Shown: in pieces, positions 52,486-64,000 of the stretch | Position numbering within the stretch: the stretch's first letter is position 1 | Layout: each line of letters begins with the position of its first letter | Assembly: GCA_024679065.1 (NCBI GenBank) | Contig: JAGIQG010000006.1 | Location: forward strand, 48,422,001 to 48,486,000 | Reading direction: 5' to 3' | Source: Sphyrna mokarran | Taxonomy: Eukaryota | DNA length: 64,000 nucleotides | Notes under the pieces: generated by a model | The model's input: only the letters and a program-made list of their open reading frames with translations | Databases searched by the model: none | Told to the model about the DNA's origin: nothing | Position numbers and translations under genes: made by a program

Positions 52486-54451
52486 ATTGCTCATCCAATA
52501 CCGTAATCAATTGGCTACTCCATACTAAACTATTATTTATTAGCAGTCGCTTAAATAATACTGACAAGTACATATTTAATGCCCTACATTTCTGGAAATG
52601 CAAGTTATATAATGGTTTCCTTAACTAAATATTTGTCATGTCAGTAAGATTGGTACATGCTATAGACTTAAAACAATGATATCTTTATTGCTCATGACAT
52701 TAGTTTAACATCTCATCTAAAGTAGAGTTTCTCTATTGCACAGCAGCGTGGACTCATTATTAGCTATAAGCATGTATCTACAAGAGTCTAAATTCTTCTG
52801 TTCCACCAGTTATTTTTGTCATCTATTCATAACTAATAAATTATGTTCAGAAAATTAAAAAATGCATTCAGGGATATTAATGAATGGTTTTGTGTGCTAA
52901 CTTGCATACATTTATAGAAGATTTTTTGTAGGTGAATTGTGTCAAAAATTGGATTACGCATTTTGCCCACTTAAGGCTACCAGTATCAAACTGAAAGATA
53001 AACTGCACAGTTCTACAAGGTTAGTAGTAAGTCATAAGATTAGACAGAAATTAATAACCAGCAAAGACAAAAAAAGAAAGAAATTAGAGTACAAGAGAAT
53101 GCTAGGTAGAGATATAAAATATAAGAAGGTTAATAAGAGTATCAACAGGTAATTAAAAGAGTAACTAAAATAAATGCTGTAGAGAGTCTGGACAACTAAT
53201 AACGGAAAACAAGGAAACGGTAAATGCATTGAAAAGTTTCTTGGTATTAGTCTTCACTATAGAAGATTTAGAAAATTTCCCAATGATAACTGAAAAATCA
53301 AGAGATGAAAGAGAGAAGGGTATTTAAAACAATCACCATCACCTGGGAAAAAGGAATTAGGAGAGTCTAATGGCTGACAAGACCATGGCCCCAGGACCTG
53401 ATGACCTGATCTTAAAGGAAGACTGCATTATAGGAGAAGCATTAGTTACAATCTTTCAAAATTCCTTGGATTCTGGAATAGTCCCAGTGAACTGAAAAAT
53501 AACAAACAGGATTATTCAAAGAAGGAGGGAGACAGAAAGCAAGAAATGAGCCATTTAGCTTAACATCTGTCAAGAAAATGCTAAAATCCATTATTGAGAT
53601 TGTGGCAGGATATTTAGACAAACACAATGGGATCAGGCAGAGCCAATGGAGTTTTTCTTTGAGAAAGTAACAAATAATGTGGATAAAGGGGAACCTATAG
53701 ATTTGGTGTACTTGGACTTTCAAAATGCATTTCAAGGTGCCACATCAAAAGTTGTTATACAAAACAAGAGCTCATGGTATAGGAGGTGATACTTTAGCAT
53801 GGATCAAGGATTCATTCAATAACAGCAAAGAGAATAGTTATCTTCAAGTTGGCAAATTTGAACTACTGGAATGTGAGAGGGGCTGGGCTCTCAACTGATA
53901 GTGCAGGTAGTGCCAAAGTCTCCTGTGGTTATTCCCCTGTCAAACAGTATAACATTTTGGATACTATTGAGGGGCATAGCCTGTTGGGGGACGATATCAG
54001 CAGCAGCCAAGCCTGTGGCACTATACCTGGTTCTGCTGTAGAGCAGAGTCAGGCAAAGATCAAGCAAGATTAATATGGGACTCGCTAGTTAGAGGCATGG
54101 ATAGGCGTTTCTGTGGCTGCAATCGAGATTGCAGGATGGTGTGTTGCCACGGGCAAGGATGTCTTTGAGCAGTTGCAGGACATTTTTAAGAGGGAAGGTG
54201 AACAACCAGAGGTCATTGTACATATTAGTAACAAAAACATAGGTAGGAAAAGGGGTGAGGTCCTAAAGTCTGAATATAGAGAGTTCGGCAGAAGGCGAAA
54301 GTGCAGGACCTCGAAGATAGTAATTTCTGGTGCCACATGCTAGTGAGAGTAGGAATAGGTCGATGAGGCAGATGAATGCGTGGCTTGAGAGTTGGTGCAG
54401 GGAGCAGGGATTTAGATTTTTGGATCATTAGGATCTTTTCTGGTTAAGGGG

Positions 54452-54611
54452 NNNNNNNNNNNNNNNNNNNNNNNNNNNNNNNNNNNNNNNNNNNNNNNNN
54501 NNNNNNNNNNNNNNNNNNNNNNNNNNNNNNNNNNNNNNNNNNNNNNNNNNNNNNNNNNNNNNNNNNNNNNNNNNNNNNNNNNNNNNNNNNNNNNNNNNNN
54601 NNNNNNNNNNN
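54452..54611. other. Assembly gap (160 N)
   Basis: Run of n. Confidence 1.
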
Positions 54612-55048
54612 TGGAGAAGGACTAATATCCTGGCAGGGAGATTTGCTGGAGCCACTCAGGGGGTTTAAACTAGTTTGGCAGGGGAGTGTGACCCAAAGCA
54701 ATAGGGAACAGAAGAGAAGGTTGAGGACAGCACAGAGACTAAAGGCAGCACATTAAGTAGTAAAGGCAGTGTCAGTAATCCTAGTATCAGACAGATCAGG
54801 CAAAAGCAGAGCAAAGAGCAAGGGAAGTCACAATTAAACTGCATTTCTTTCAATGCAAGAGGCCTGATGGGCAAGGCAGATAAACTCAGGGCATAGATGG
54901 GTATATGGGATTGAGATATTGTAACAATTACTGAAACATGGCTAAGGGAGGGTCAGGACTAGCAGCTCAATGATACTGGGTGCAGAACTATAGGAAAGAT
55001 AGAACAAGAGGTAAGAGAGATGGGGGAGTTGCACTTTTAATCAGAGAA

Positions 55049-55150
55049 AATGTGGAGTTGCCGGAGTTGGACTGGGGTAAGCATAGTAAGCAGTCTCACA
55101 ACACCACATTCAACTCCAACACATTTATTTGTAGCATGAGCTTTTGGAGC
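55049..55150 (-). mobile_element. Truncated copy of the same Penelope-derived element inside a CR1
   Basis: aatgtggagttgccggagttggactggggtaagcatagtaagcagtctcacaacacc...agcttttggagcactgcccattcatcaggt matches 1739-1865. Confidence 0.7.
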
Positions 55151-58100
55151 ACTGCCCATTCATCAGGTCAGCGAAGAGTTCTGTTGATGGTATCAGGCAA
55201 AAACTTTCAAAAGTTAATTTGGGGAATCTGTGGAAAGGCAAAGGGACATCTGGTAAGTGGGAGGCTTTCAAAAGTGTGTTAACCAGGATTCAGGGTAAAC
55301 ACATTCCTCTTAAACTGAAGGGCAAGGCTGGTAGAATAGGAAAACCTGAATGGCTTGGGTATTGAGGCCCTGATCAAGAAGAAGACGGAGGCACATGACA
55401 TGCATAGGCAACTTGAATCAAGTGAATCCCTTATAGAGTATGGGGAGTGTAGGAATAGAGTTAAAAGAGAAATCAGGAGGGCAAGGAGGGGACACAAGAT
55501 TGTTTTGGCAGATAAGGAAATGGAGAATCCAAAAAGCTTCTACAAATACATAAAGGCCAAAAGAATAATTAGGGAGAGAGTAAGGTTGTTAAGGATCAAC
55601 AAGGTCATGTCTGGATCCACAAGAGATGGGTAAGATTTTAAATGAATATTTCTCATCAGTATTTACTGTTGAGAACAGTATGGATGTTAGGGAACTTGGA
55701 GAATAGTGATGTCTTGAGGAGTGTACATATTACGGAGGTGGTGATGCTGAAGTCTTAAAGTGCATCAAGGTAGATAAAACCCCAGGACCTGAAAAACTGT
55801 ATTCCAGGACATTGTGGGAGGCTTGGGGGGAAATTGCAGAGATATTTGAATCATCGGTAGTCACAGGTGAGGTGCCTGAAGATTGGTGAGTGGCAATTCT
55901 GCATAACTGTGAGAGTTCAGAAAGAAAATAAGGAAATCCAGGTTTTAACAATACATGCAGTTCTGATTCTGATAATAAATTGTACTATTTCTCTCCAAAA
56001 GCTTTACAATGATGAAGAAGAAGGTGAAAACAGGAAACAATGCTTTCAGGTTTGAATCTTTCTGCAGCAGTATTTTAAATTGGAGATTAAAAGAACTCAC
56101 TGATATGATAAGTCTGTTAGTAGATATATATTGAGGCACTCATCTTGGGATTAGCAAGGGACTTGCATGACCTACACCAAAACTGATCTATTAACAACCT
56201 AATTAAAAGTAAAATCTCAGATCATTGTGAGTTTTTCTTTGGAACGAATGCAATTGTGGATCCTTGATCACACTATCATTGCCCTGCTGATCAAGATGGA
56301 GTACCTATGCCCAATCTACTGCCTTCAAATATGCAGAATCATCAGCTGTATGCCTACATTGGCAAAAGTGGCTGTAATTTTCCAGAGCTGCATTCTCTCC
56401 GTAACAAGAAATACAAAAAATTTCCTTTAGTGACAAACCACTGACAATTTCACAAAATCTTTGAAATGCTATCTCATTCAAAAAGCACTAGAACAAATGC
56501 TGCACTGATATCCGAGAACATGACACGAAAGATCAGCAAATGACTGCAATCACGTACACACTTCCTATGAATGCCAACAACTTTCTTGAATTGTCTACTG
56601 ACCCATCTCACCAATAGCGGCAAACTAAAGGGTGATATATGGAAGCTTCATGTAAGCCTCACTGAGCCTGCAGTCGTGCATCAACAGTGACAAATACCAT
56701 TCACGTCAGAAAGTAGGCATAGAAAAAACTTCAACATCAATCAAATGGGATCATCTCCCATAAACATCCCTGTGATACAGCCAGAAGGTACCACACACCT
56801 CTCGCATGAAACCCTGAAATGAAGTATTGATGTGAAAATGTAGGGCCAGTCACCTTAAGAGCAACTGGCATTGGGTTTTCTCCAAATACACGAAGCTGCA
56901 GATTTTGATGAAGGAGTGTAAACAGCTTAGTGAATGCCTTCATCATCTCTGGCATTGATGCTCTGACATTAGAACATAATTAATGCCTGTTAAGAACTGG
57001 CACTAATGCGTCAATATTCTTTAGTGATGATATCGACCCTACTTACATTCATCTTAACTTGCCTTCTGCATGGTTGGCACGGGCTGATGGGCTTGTGGCC
57101 AATATTGTTGTATGACCACAGCCTGCCTCTGGCAAATCCTCACTTCCACCTTCTAAGGCTGCAAAAAATATTGGGTGCATGAGACCCATTGTGAATGGTC
57201 CACAAACTGAATTGCCTGAAGAAGGCAGACAAAGATATGAACACTTCTGTTTACATGATCTTCATCCCTACAGCAGCTGCATTTGACCAACGGGAATGTG
57301 TGATCCTCCCATTAGCCATACCCAGTTGTACAGAGGCCTCCTCACACAACAACCTGATCTCTGCGAGCTCAACACTTTTCAGTAGCCATGTGAATGGGCA
57401 TATACACAGTGACCTTCCAGTGCAGTCCATCCACCTCCACCTCACCCTCAAATTAACTTCTATCTCCTTGACTCTGCCAATATTCCGCCATACTGCAGCC
57501 TCCAATCATCACCCTCGCACCAGAGCAAGTGAAGGAGCCTCCTTTCATTATCCTTGATCTGATCTCGAAATCCCACAACCCTTTCTCAGAGACCATTAAC
57601 CTGCTCTCCCTACAGCTAAATATTGCCTGTTTCCAGCTTGACATCCTTTCACTGATTGTTGACTGCTTTGTGTGACTACCTCCCTTAAAAAACACAAGAC
57701 CAGATTACTGCAACAACAGACCTTGTCCTATAGGCTGGAGCCTGAATATTTTTCAATAGTGTTAGCTCTTATTCTTCAAAACACTAATAGATATAGGCCT
57801 AACTTGTTCAATTGTTCTTCATAAAATAAGTCCTTTACCCCAGAAATCAGTTGAGTGAATCTCCCCTGAACTAATGGGGAGACCAAAAGTGTACACAGTA
57901 CAGTTGTCTCATCAAGGTCCAGTATAATGCAGTAAAATTTTCTTTACTAAAATATTCCTCTTGCAATAAACACCAACATTCTATTTGCTTTCCTAATTAC
58001 TTGCTGCACCTGCACGCTAACTTTGTGATTCATGAATCAGGACACCCAGATTCATCTGTAGCACCAAGCTTTGCAGTCTCTCTTTATTTAAATAGTTTTT

Positions 58101-58154
58101 AACTTCTTTATTTCTATGCTTTCCTGCCAAAATAGGCAAGTTCACATTTACCCA

Positions 58155-58918
58155 CTTTATACTCCATTTGTCCACTCATTTAGGAGTACAATATCAAGGG
58201 TAGGAGTCTTAGCAGTGTTGAGAAGTAGAAGGATCTTGGGGTCCGGGTCCATAGGACTCTTAAATCGGCCTCGCAGGTGGAGGATGTGGTCAAGAAGGAA
58301 TATGGTGTACCAGCCTTCATTAATTGAGGGATTGAGTTTAGGAGTCAAAAGGAAATGCTGCAACTTTATAAGACCCTTGTCAGACCCCACTTGGAGTACT
58401 GTGTGCAGTTCTAGTCGCCTCACTACAGGAAGGATGTGGAAGCTATTGAGGGTGCAGAGGAGATTTACAAGGATGTTGCCTGGATTGGGAGGCACGCCCT
58501 ATGGAGATAGGTTGAAGGAGCCAGGTCTCTTCTACCTGGAGAGACGAAGGTTGAAAGGCGACCTGATATAGATTTATAAAATGTTGAGAGAAATAGATAG
58601 GGTGGATTCTCGGAGGCTATCTCCTAGAGCTGAAATGGTCGCTACAAGAGGACAGAGGTTTAAGGTGCTGGGTAGCAAGTACAGAGGAGATGTTAGGGGT
58701 AAGTTTTTTACTCAGAGAGTGGTGAGTGAATGGAATCAGCTGCCGTCAGTGGTGGTGGAGGCAAACTCGCTGGGGTCTTTTAAAAGACTTCTGGATGAGT
58801 ACATGGGATTAAATGGGATTAGAAGTTACAGATAGTTCTATGGCCTAGTAAGTATGGGTATGATCAGTGCAACTTGTGGGCTGAAGTGCCTGTTTGTACT
58901 GTACTGTTCTATGTTCAT
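58155..58918 (+). mobile_element. CR1 3' fragment inserted in an older minus-strand CR1 (about 57680-58150)
   Basis: VQRRFTRMLPGL...LERRRLKGDLI and FFTQRVVSEWNQLP; ends in a gttctatgttc tail. Confidence 0.9.
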
Positions 58919-61900
58919 TTAACTTGTCTATAACCCTCTGCAGACTCTCTCCCTCCTTTTGATAACTTACTTTCTTACTTATCATGTTTTCCTGTGCAAA
59001 TTTAGATACCTTAAATGGTACTTTGTCAAAGTATTCTACTAGATTTGTTAAATATGCTTTCCCTTGTGCAAAGAGTTACTTGAAAATAATGGTGAGAATT
59101 TTAAAATTCAAGCATTCCTTGACCAGGAGACAATGTACCTCAGTGAGCTTGGTAAATATGGGTGAGTGAAATTTGGCGTGAATTAGGATATGTTGCACAG
59201 AAACAGAAGTGGGCCAAAGATAGATCTTTGGGGGATCTGTCTAAAGAAATGTAATAAAATTAGAATTTAATAAAAACAAAGAGGGAAAAATTCTTTATTT
59301 TCATAGAGAATAAATATGACCTTAAAATGGTTACAAATAAATCCTGAAAATCGGCATTACATAAATTGGGATAAAATTGAAGACTTCATTGCCCCAGAAG
59401 ACCACAGATGCAAAACCAACTGAGATGTTTAAAGGGAATATATATTTAGAAAATATAATTATGGAGAAAAAGCAGGGAATTAGAAATAAAAGATTGAGTC
59501 GCTCTGCCTATCAAAACATGAAAAAAGTTTAGCTGGCCAAAGTACCTATTCTTGTTGCTTTCTGCATGTTTTCTAAAATCAATTCCAATTAAAGATTTTT
59601 TAAACAGTTTTGCCTTAAGCAATTTTTTTTAAAGCTTTTCAAATTAAAATTAAGTTTATTATTTGTCTCAGAAGAGGAAGGTGTATTGAAAAGGTTTCTA
59701 GAATGTATATAATTGCATTATTCTACAACAGTCTCCAAGGCAGTCATTTGTGATAAAATGGTTTCCATCAGTGGATGTCAGCAGGAAATATTTTTTATAG
59801 TGTAGAGGCATTATGGGGAATAATTTCCTTCATTTGCTACTTGAGCCACTATACAGATAGGTTTTCATGTACATATTAATGATTTTAGTATAAAATGGCA
59901 AAAGTAAAAATGTTTCTTGCAAGAAGCTGAATAACTTTAAATTTCTAGATTGAAGCTTAAGTAAATCAAAAAAAAGTTTCTTGTTTTTAAAAAGTTAACA
60001 GGTACATCAGGGTTGGGCAAAATGGGTGTGAATATTTAACAATAGCCTCAGCCTTCCATTTCACGCTTCATAAAGTCTTATTTAGGTTCTTTAAACTTTG
60101 GGTTAATCATTTTCTTACTACTTGCAAACTGCTATCAATATTTGCTTAATCCTGAAGCAAAAATCACAGGATTTATTTTGACTGGATTTTAATGGATTTT
60201 GATTGTGTAGTGTTGACTTTTTAAAAAACATTGTAAACCTAATATAAAATTGCATGAAAGATAATTTTACTGTTCTCTTGATTCAATTTCCATCATATCA
60301 ATGGAAAACATTACTGGAACCAAGTGCTTCAAAGTATAGGTATTAATATTGGAACAGGTAGATGGGCTGGTTATCTGGCGAACAATGTTCTAGTTGAGTA
60401 AATATTTTGGAGACTTATCGAATGTTCAAAATTTGCATGAAAAGTCAAATGGCATTTGTTTATTCTAAGTAATGCTGACTTCAGTGCATGGTTTTAGAGA
60501 TTTCAGCCTAATGTCCAGTTAGGTTATATTTATTTTGCCAGTTACAGCAAGTACTGTAATGCTCCCCACTTATGCAGTTTGATTTGTGAATAATTCTCAA
60601 TATCCGCCAGCAACTGAAACGTTATGCGCTTTACATTTCCTAATGGGATATTCCCAAGGGATCAAAATAGTTCAAATTTGCTTTTCTATATTTAGACTTT
60701 GAAGAAAAGACAGAACACATTTCAAAACACACATTTAAAAGAAAAGAATTAACGAGATAAAATGCAGCAATTTACACATCCACAACAGGTTTTTTATATT
60801 TCAATCTTGAGAACTTTTTGAAATTGGTTTACATCCCTTTTTCCATTTATATTTGCTACTCTTTTTGTCTTGCATAATGTTAGAATATAACCAGTGACAA
60901 TTTTGTATTAGATATAATGTGACCAATGGGAACAAGATATATAAGGGCCAGTTGACCCAGTAAACCATGGATGTAATTGTCAGCTGACCAGCTGATTCAC
61001 TATAAATAAGGAATTATGTAGAATTATGGAAGGTTGGATTGGCCCTGGAGTAATGATGTTTCTTTTCCAACTTTCTTGGACTTATAAGTTGGAATAAGTT
61101 TTGTTGTATTTTCATTAGCTGTTCTTTGAAGAGTTCCTTCTGAAGAAATACATAAAGCTAATTATTGTTAATGTATTATGGACTGCCATCATAAAATACT
61201 GTTACCTCCACACTTGTAGCCATATTTGTACATTTTGACCTAGTTATATGGCAGGAGAAAATAGTCATTATGTATTTTTCTTTGTTATTACATTTCTTTA
61301 CATTGTTATTAAATATATTTCACTTAAACAATAAGTTATGCAGGTTGTCTCTGCTCTAAGTTTGAATACGCTAAACAATAACTAATTTGAATGGATTCAC
61401 TAAATCTTGAAACATAGACATTCTAGCTCAGTCTAAACTTGTGTAAAAATAAAATTCTTGAGATTGAATTTGTTTCTGTTCTAGCAATTATGTATAAATA
61501 TGATTTTAGTAAATAAAACAATGGAAATATTTATGTTTCTTATAAAAGTTTTGTAAACAAATTGGAGACATGGATTATATTAATATGGAAATCTTGACTA
61601 CTGGAAGTTCATTTATTATACTATAATGTCTTAGGTTTCCATTATAAACTGAAATGGAAAAACTTGAACTAATTTATCATAAAGTTAATCTGCAGATTTA
61701 ATTAGTGAATGAGAAAATATTTGATGGTAGAATCTAGTGTTGACTAGGTGGTGATTGCAAGTCATTTAAAAGAATCCACCTATCAAGGTAGATATTTTGT
61801 TTGAAAATTCATCAATTACTAATTGACATTATTCCATAGTTGTGATATTAATATTATGCATGAATAGTAAAACCAGTTGCCTCTGTGAATAATTCCTTGG

Positions 61901-62079
61901 AGGTGATCTGTGTTCTTTAAGGCTTTCTCCCTAGTTTTTAACCTAATGAGACATTAATCCTGTTTTCTCAAGCATAACTCTACAGAGAGAAATCACCAAA
62001 ACACCTCATGTGGACAGTTTTAAGTCTCTAACCGTCACACCCTTTTTCTGGGTTTCTTTTTTGAATTTGATGTTGCCAG

Positions 62080-63360
62080 TCAAATTTGGAAAGTCAAACT
62101 AAGCCTAGTCTGAACACATCAGTTCACCAATCTCCTCCAGGACTATTCCTGTCGTCATAAGTGGCATATATAATCCTATTGTTCAAAAAGGGAACATGCA
62201 AGGTTTACTACTTCTTGCCTGATGGTCTGGACCGGCCACTCAGCCAAGCCATTTAAGGACGGGTGGTAGAGTGCCACGCATATGTGCCTTCCTCCTTTCA
62301 TATTCATGAAGGTCTGAAGCTACCTATTGATAAAAAGGGTCCCATTGTCCGTCACAAAAACCTTAGGTATACTATGCATACCAAATGACTGATGCAGTTT
62401 CTCACTGTTACTGTAAGAGATCGTAGAGGCTTGTCGATCCATTTTTAATGGGTGGTGATGAGAATTAAAAACATGGTATACATAAATAGCCCTGCGAACT
62501 CTGCACATACTCATACTCAGGGTCTCGTTGGCCATTCCTAAGGGTGCATCTAGGCCACTAGTGGACAGCTGATTTTCTTCTCAAGTTTTAAACCACTTGC
62601 CCAGGCTTTTTACATTGTCTGTGGCAGGCCACCAGACAGAGCTCCTTGTGAGCATTTTCATCTTAGAAATCCCTGGATGGCCATTCTGCAATTCTTGAAG
62701 TGTTGAATCATAGAATCATCACAGGATACCTAGAGTGCAGAAGAGCCCATTTGAGTCTGCACTGATTCTCTGACAGTTTATGTTACTCAGGCCTTTTCCA
62801 TCCTATCCATATAACCCCACACATTTCCCATGGTTAATCCATCTAAGCTACACATCTTGGGAGGCTTAAGCAATTTAGCATAGCCAATCCATCAAACCTG
62901 CACACCTTTGACTGTGAGAGGAAACCCGAGCACCACAAGAAACATATACGCACACTAGAAAAATATGCAAACTCCACACAGACTGTCACACAAAGTTGGA
63001 ATTGAACCGAGGTCCCTGGCTCTGTGCAGCAACAGTGTTAACCATTGTGCCACCATGTCATCCTTGATCACTGGCCTGGATGCAGGACAACCACCCTGGC
63101 TCCCCACAAGGTGATGCAATCTCCTATATTCAACTCATGATATTTAGAAAAATAAGATTTCAAATCCTCTGTGGGACATGATGTGATATAGTTTCGCCAA
63201 TATATGATCTTTTTGGGTCCATGCCTGGATTTGCTTGACAGATTGGCAGTGTCTCCATCAAGTTCAGAGTCATAATGTCTTCATCCATTTCCGGAAAGTA
63301 CGCTGGTGGGTAGCAATAGTGGAGATTCCCCATGAACCTCGTGGGAGTTATCACATGATC
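62080..63360 (-). mobile_element. Decayed Ty3/Gypsy pol (integrase) fragment split by an HE1 SINE
   Basis: Minus frames ELQNGHPGISKM (integrase zinc-finger region) and HSIPKVFVTDNGTLF (DDE core). Confidence 0.75.
62705..63057 (-). mobile_element. HE1/V-SINE copy
   Basis: Same motifs as the other HE1 copies. Confidence 0.88.
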
Positions 63361-64000
63361 CTTATTCTTTTATGGGCAGTGGATATTATTGGAAAGGCCA
63401 GCATTTGTTATCCATGAACTGAGCTGGCCATTTTAGAGGATTTCTGATACCTTAGAAACTATTTTAACAAACATTGCGAGAAGTCACCCTCCCTTCCACC
63501 AACAAAACTGATCTTGTTCTAATTTTTATCGAAGTCAATTTTCATCTGCCGTACTGGGATTCAGATCATTGTCTGGAATCGCTGAATTACTAGCTGAAAC
63601 AATACCACTATGCCACTTGCTCCCCACCCCAATCGAATTAATTACTATTACAAGTTTTCACCAAATACAAGATTCAATTCTTACAAATGTGGGCAGCAAT
63701 TGTGCTGACAGAGTAGTGGTTAAAGACATGTAAAATAAAAAGGACATCTTTCACCAAAATGTTGAGGATTAGATAACACTGCATTTAAATCCTAGAGGCA
63801 AAGTTATCAGCAACAAAATGCAAACATTTAGCATTCCTAGATATTGGGGGAATTTAATATCCCCTCTCCTTGTTGTCAAACATTCATTGTCTGTTTGAGA
63901 GAGCTGGCATTGTTAGCTCTGCTGAGAGCCACCCCCCTGCTCTTGCTACTGATCATCCTTCTCCCACCCTGCGGCCTGGATTTTGCTGATTCTGGGCTTC

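Larger units (their letters stand above)
53030..55900 (+). mobile_element. Cluster of decayed CR1 pieces including esterase-type ORF1 and ORF2 start
   Basis: GDSLVRGMDRRFCG (about 54077-54118) and EQPEVIVHI (SGNH esterase ORF1), then FNAR and ITETWL...YRKDR..GGVALLI (endonuclease). Confidence 0.85.

Noticed and set aside
56230-57600. Possible decayed Harbinger transposase or Myb/SANT region
   Set aside because: Composition is suggestive, but no diagnostic motif could be read with confidence.
46600-64000. SLF1 exons or shared bidirectional promoter (SLF1 is head-to-head with KIAA0825 in human)
   Set aside because: No BRCT-like translation or CpG island seen; probably outside the window.

Overview
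AT-rich vertebrate genomic DNA, almost certainly from a cartilaginous fish (shark), judged from the many HE1/V-SINE copies, DeuSINE-type SINEs, CR1 LINEs and Penelope-like remnants. The only intact gene recognised is KIAA0825 on the minus strand, with three coding exons (46374-46504, 15881-16049, 12254-12923) whose splice sites and phases join correctly. Most of the rest is decayed transposable elements: CR1 LINEs, SINEs, a full-length fossil hAT transposon, a Gypsy integrase remnant and Penelope-derived palindromic elements carrying hammerhead-ribozyme motifs. The main finding is a chain of about 12 splice-site-bounded, stop- and frameshift-ridden exon-like segments (about 17.4-43.4 kb) nested on the same strand inside the 30-kb KIAA0825 intron. 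It contains an internally duplicated protein motif. By recalled motif similarity only, it resembles the DUF3715/SPOC-containing TASOR/TEX15 transposon-silencing family, so it may be an unannotated dead paralogue. All homology statements come from manual translation and memory; no searches were run.
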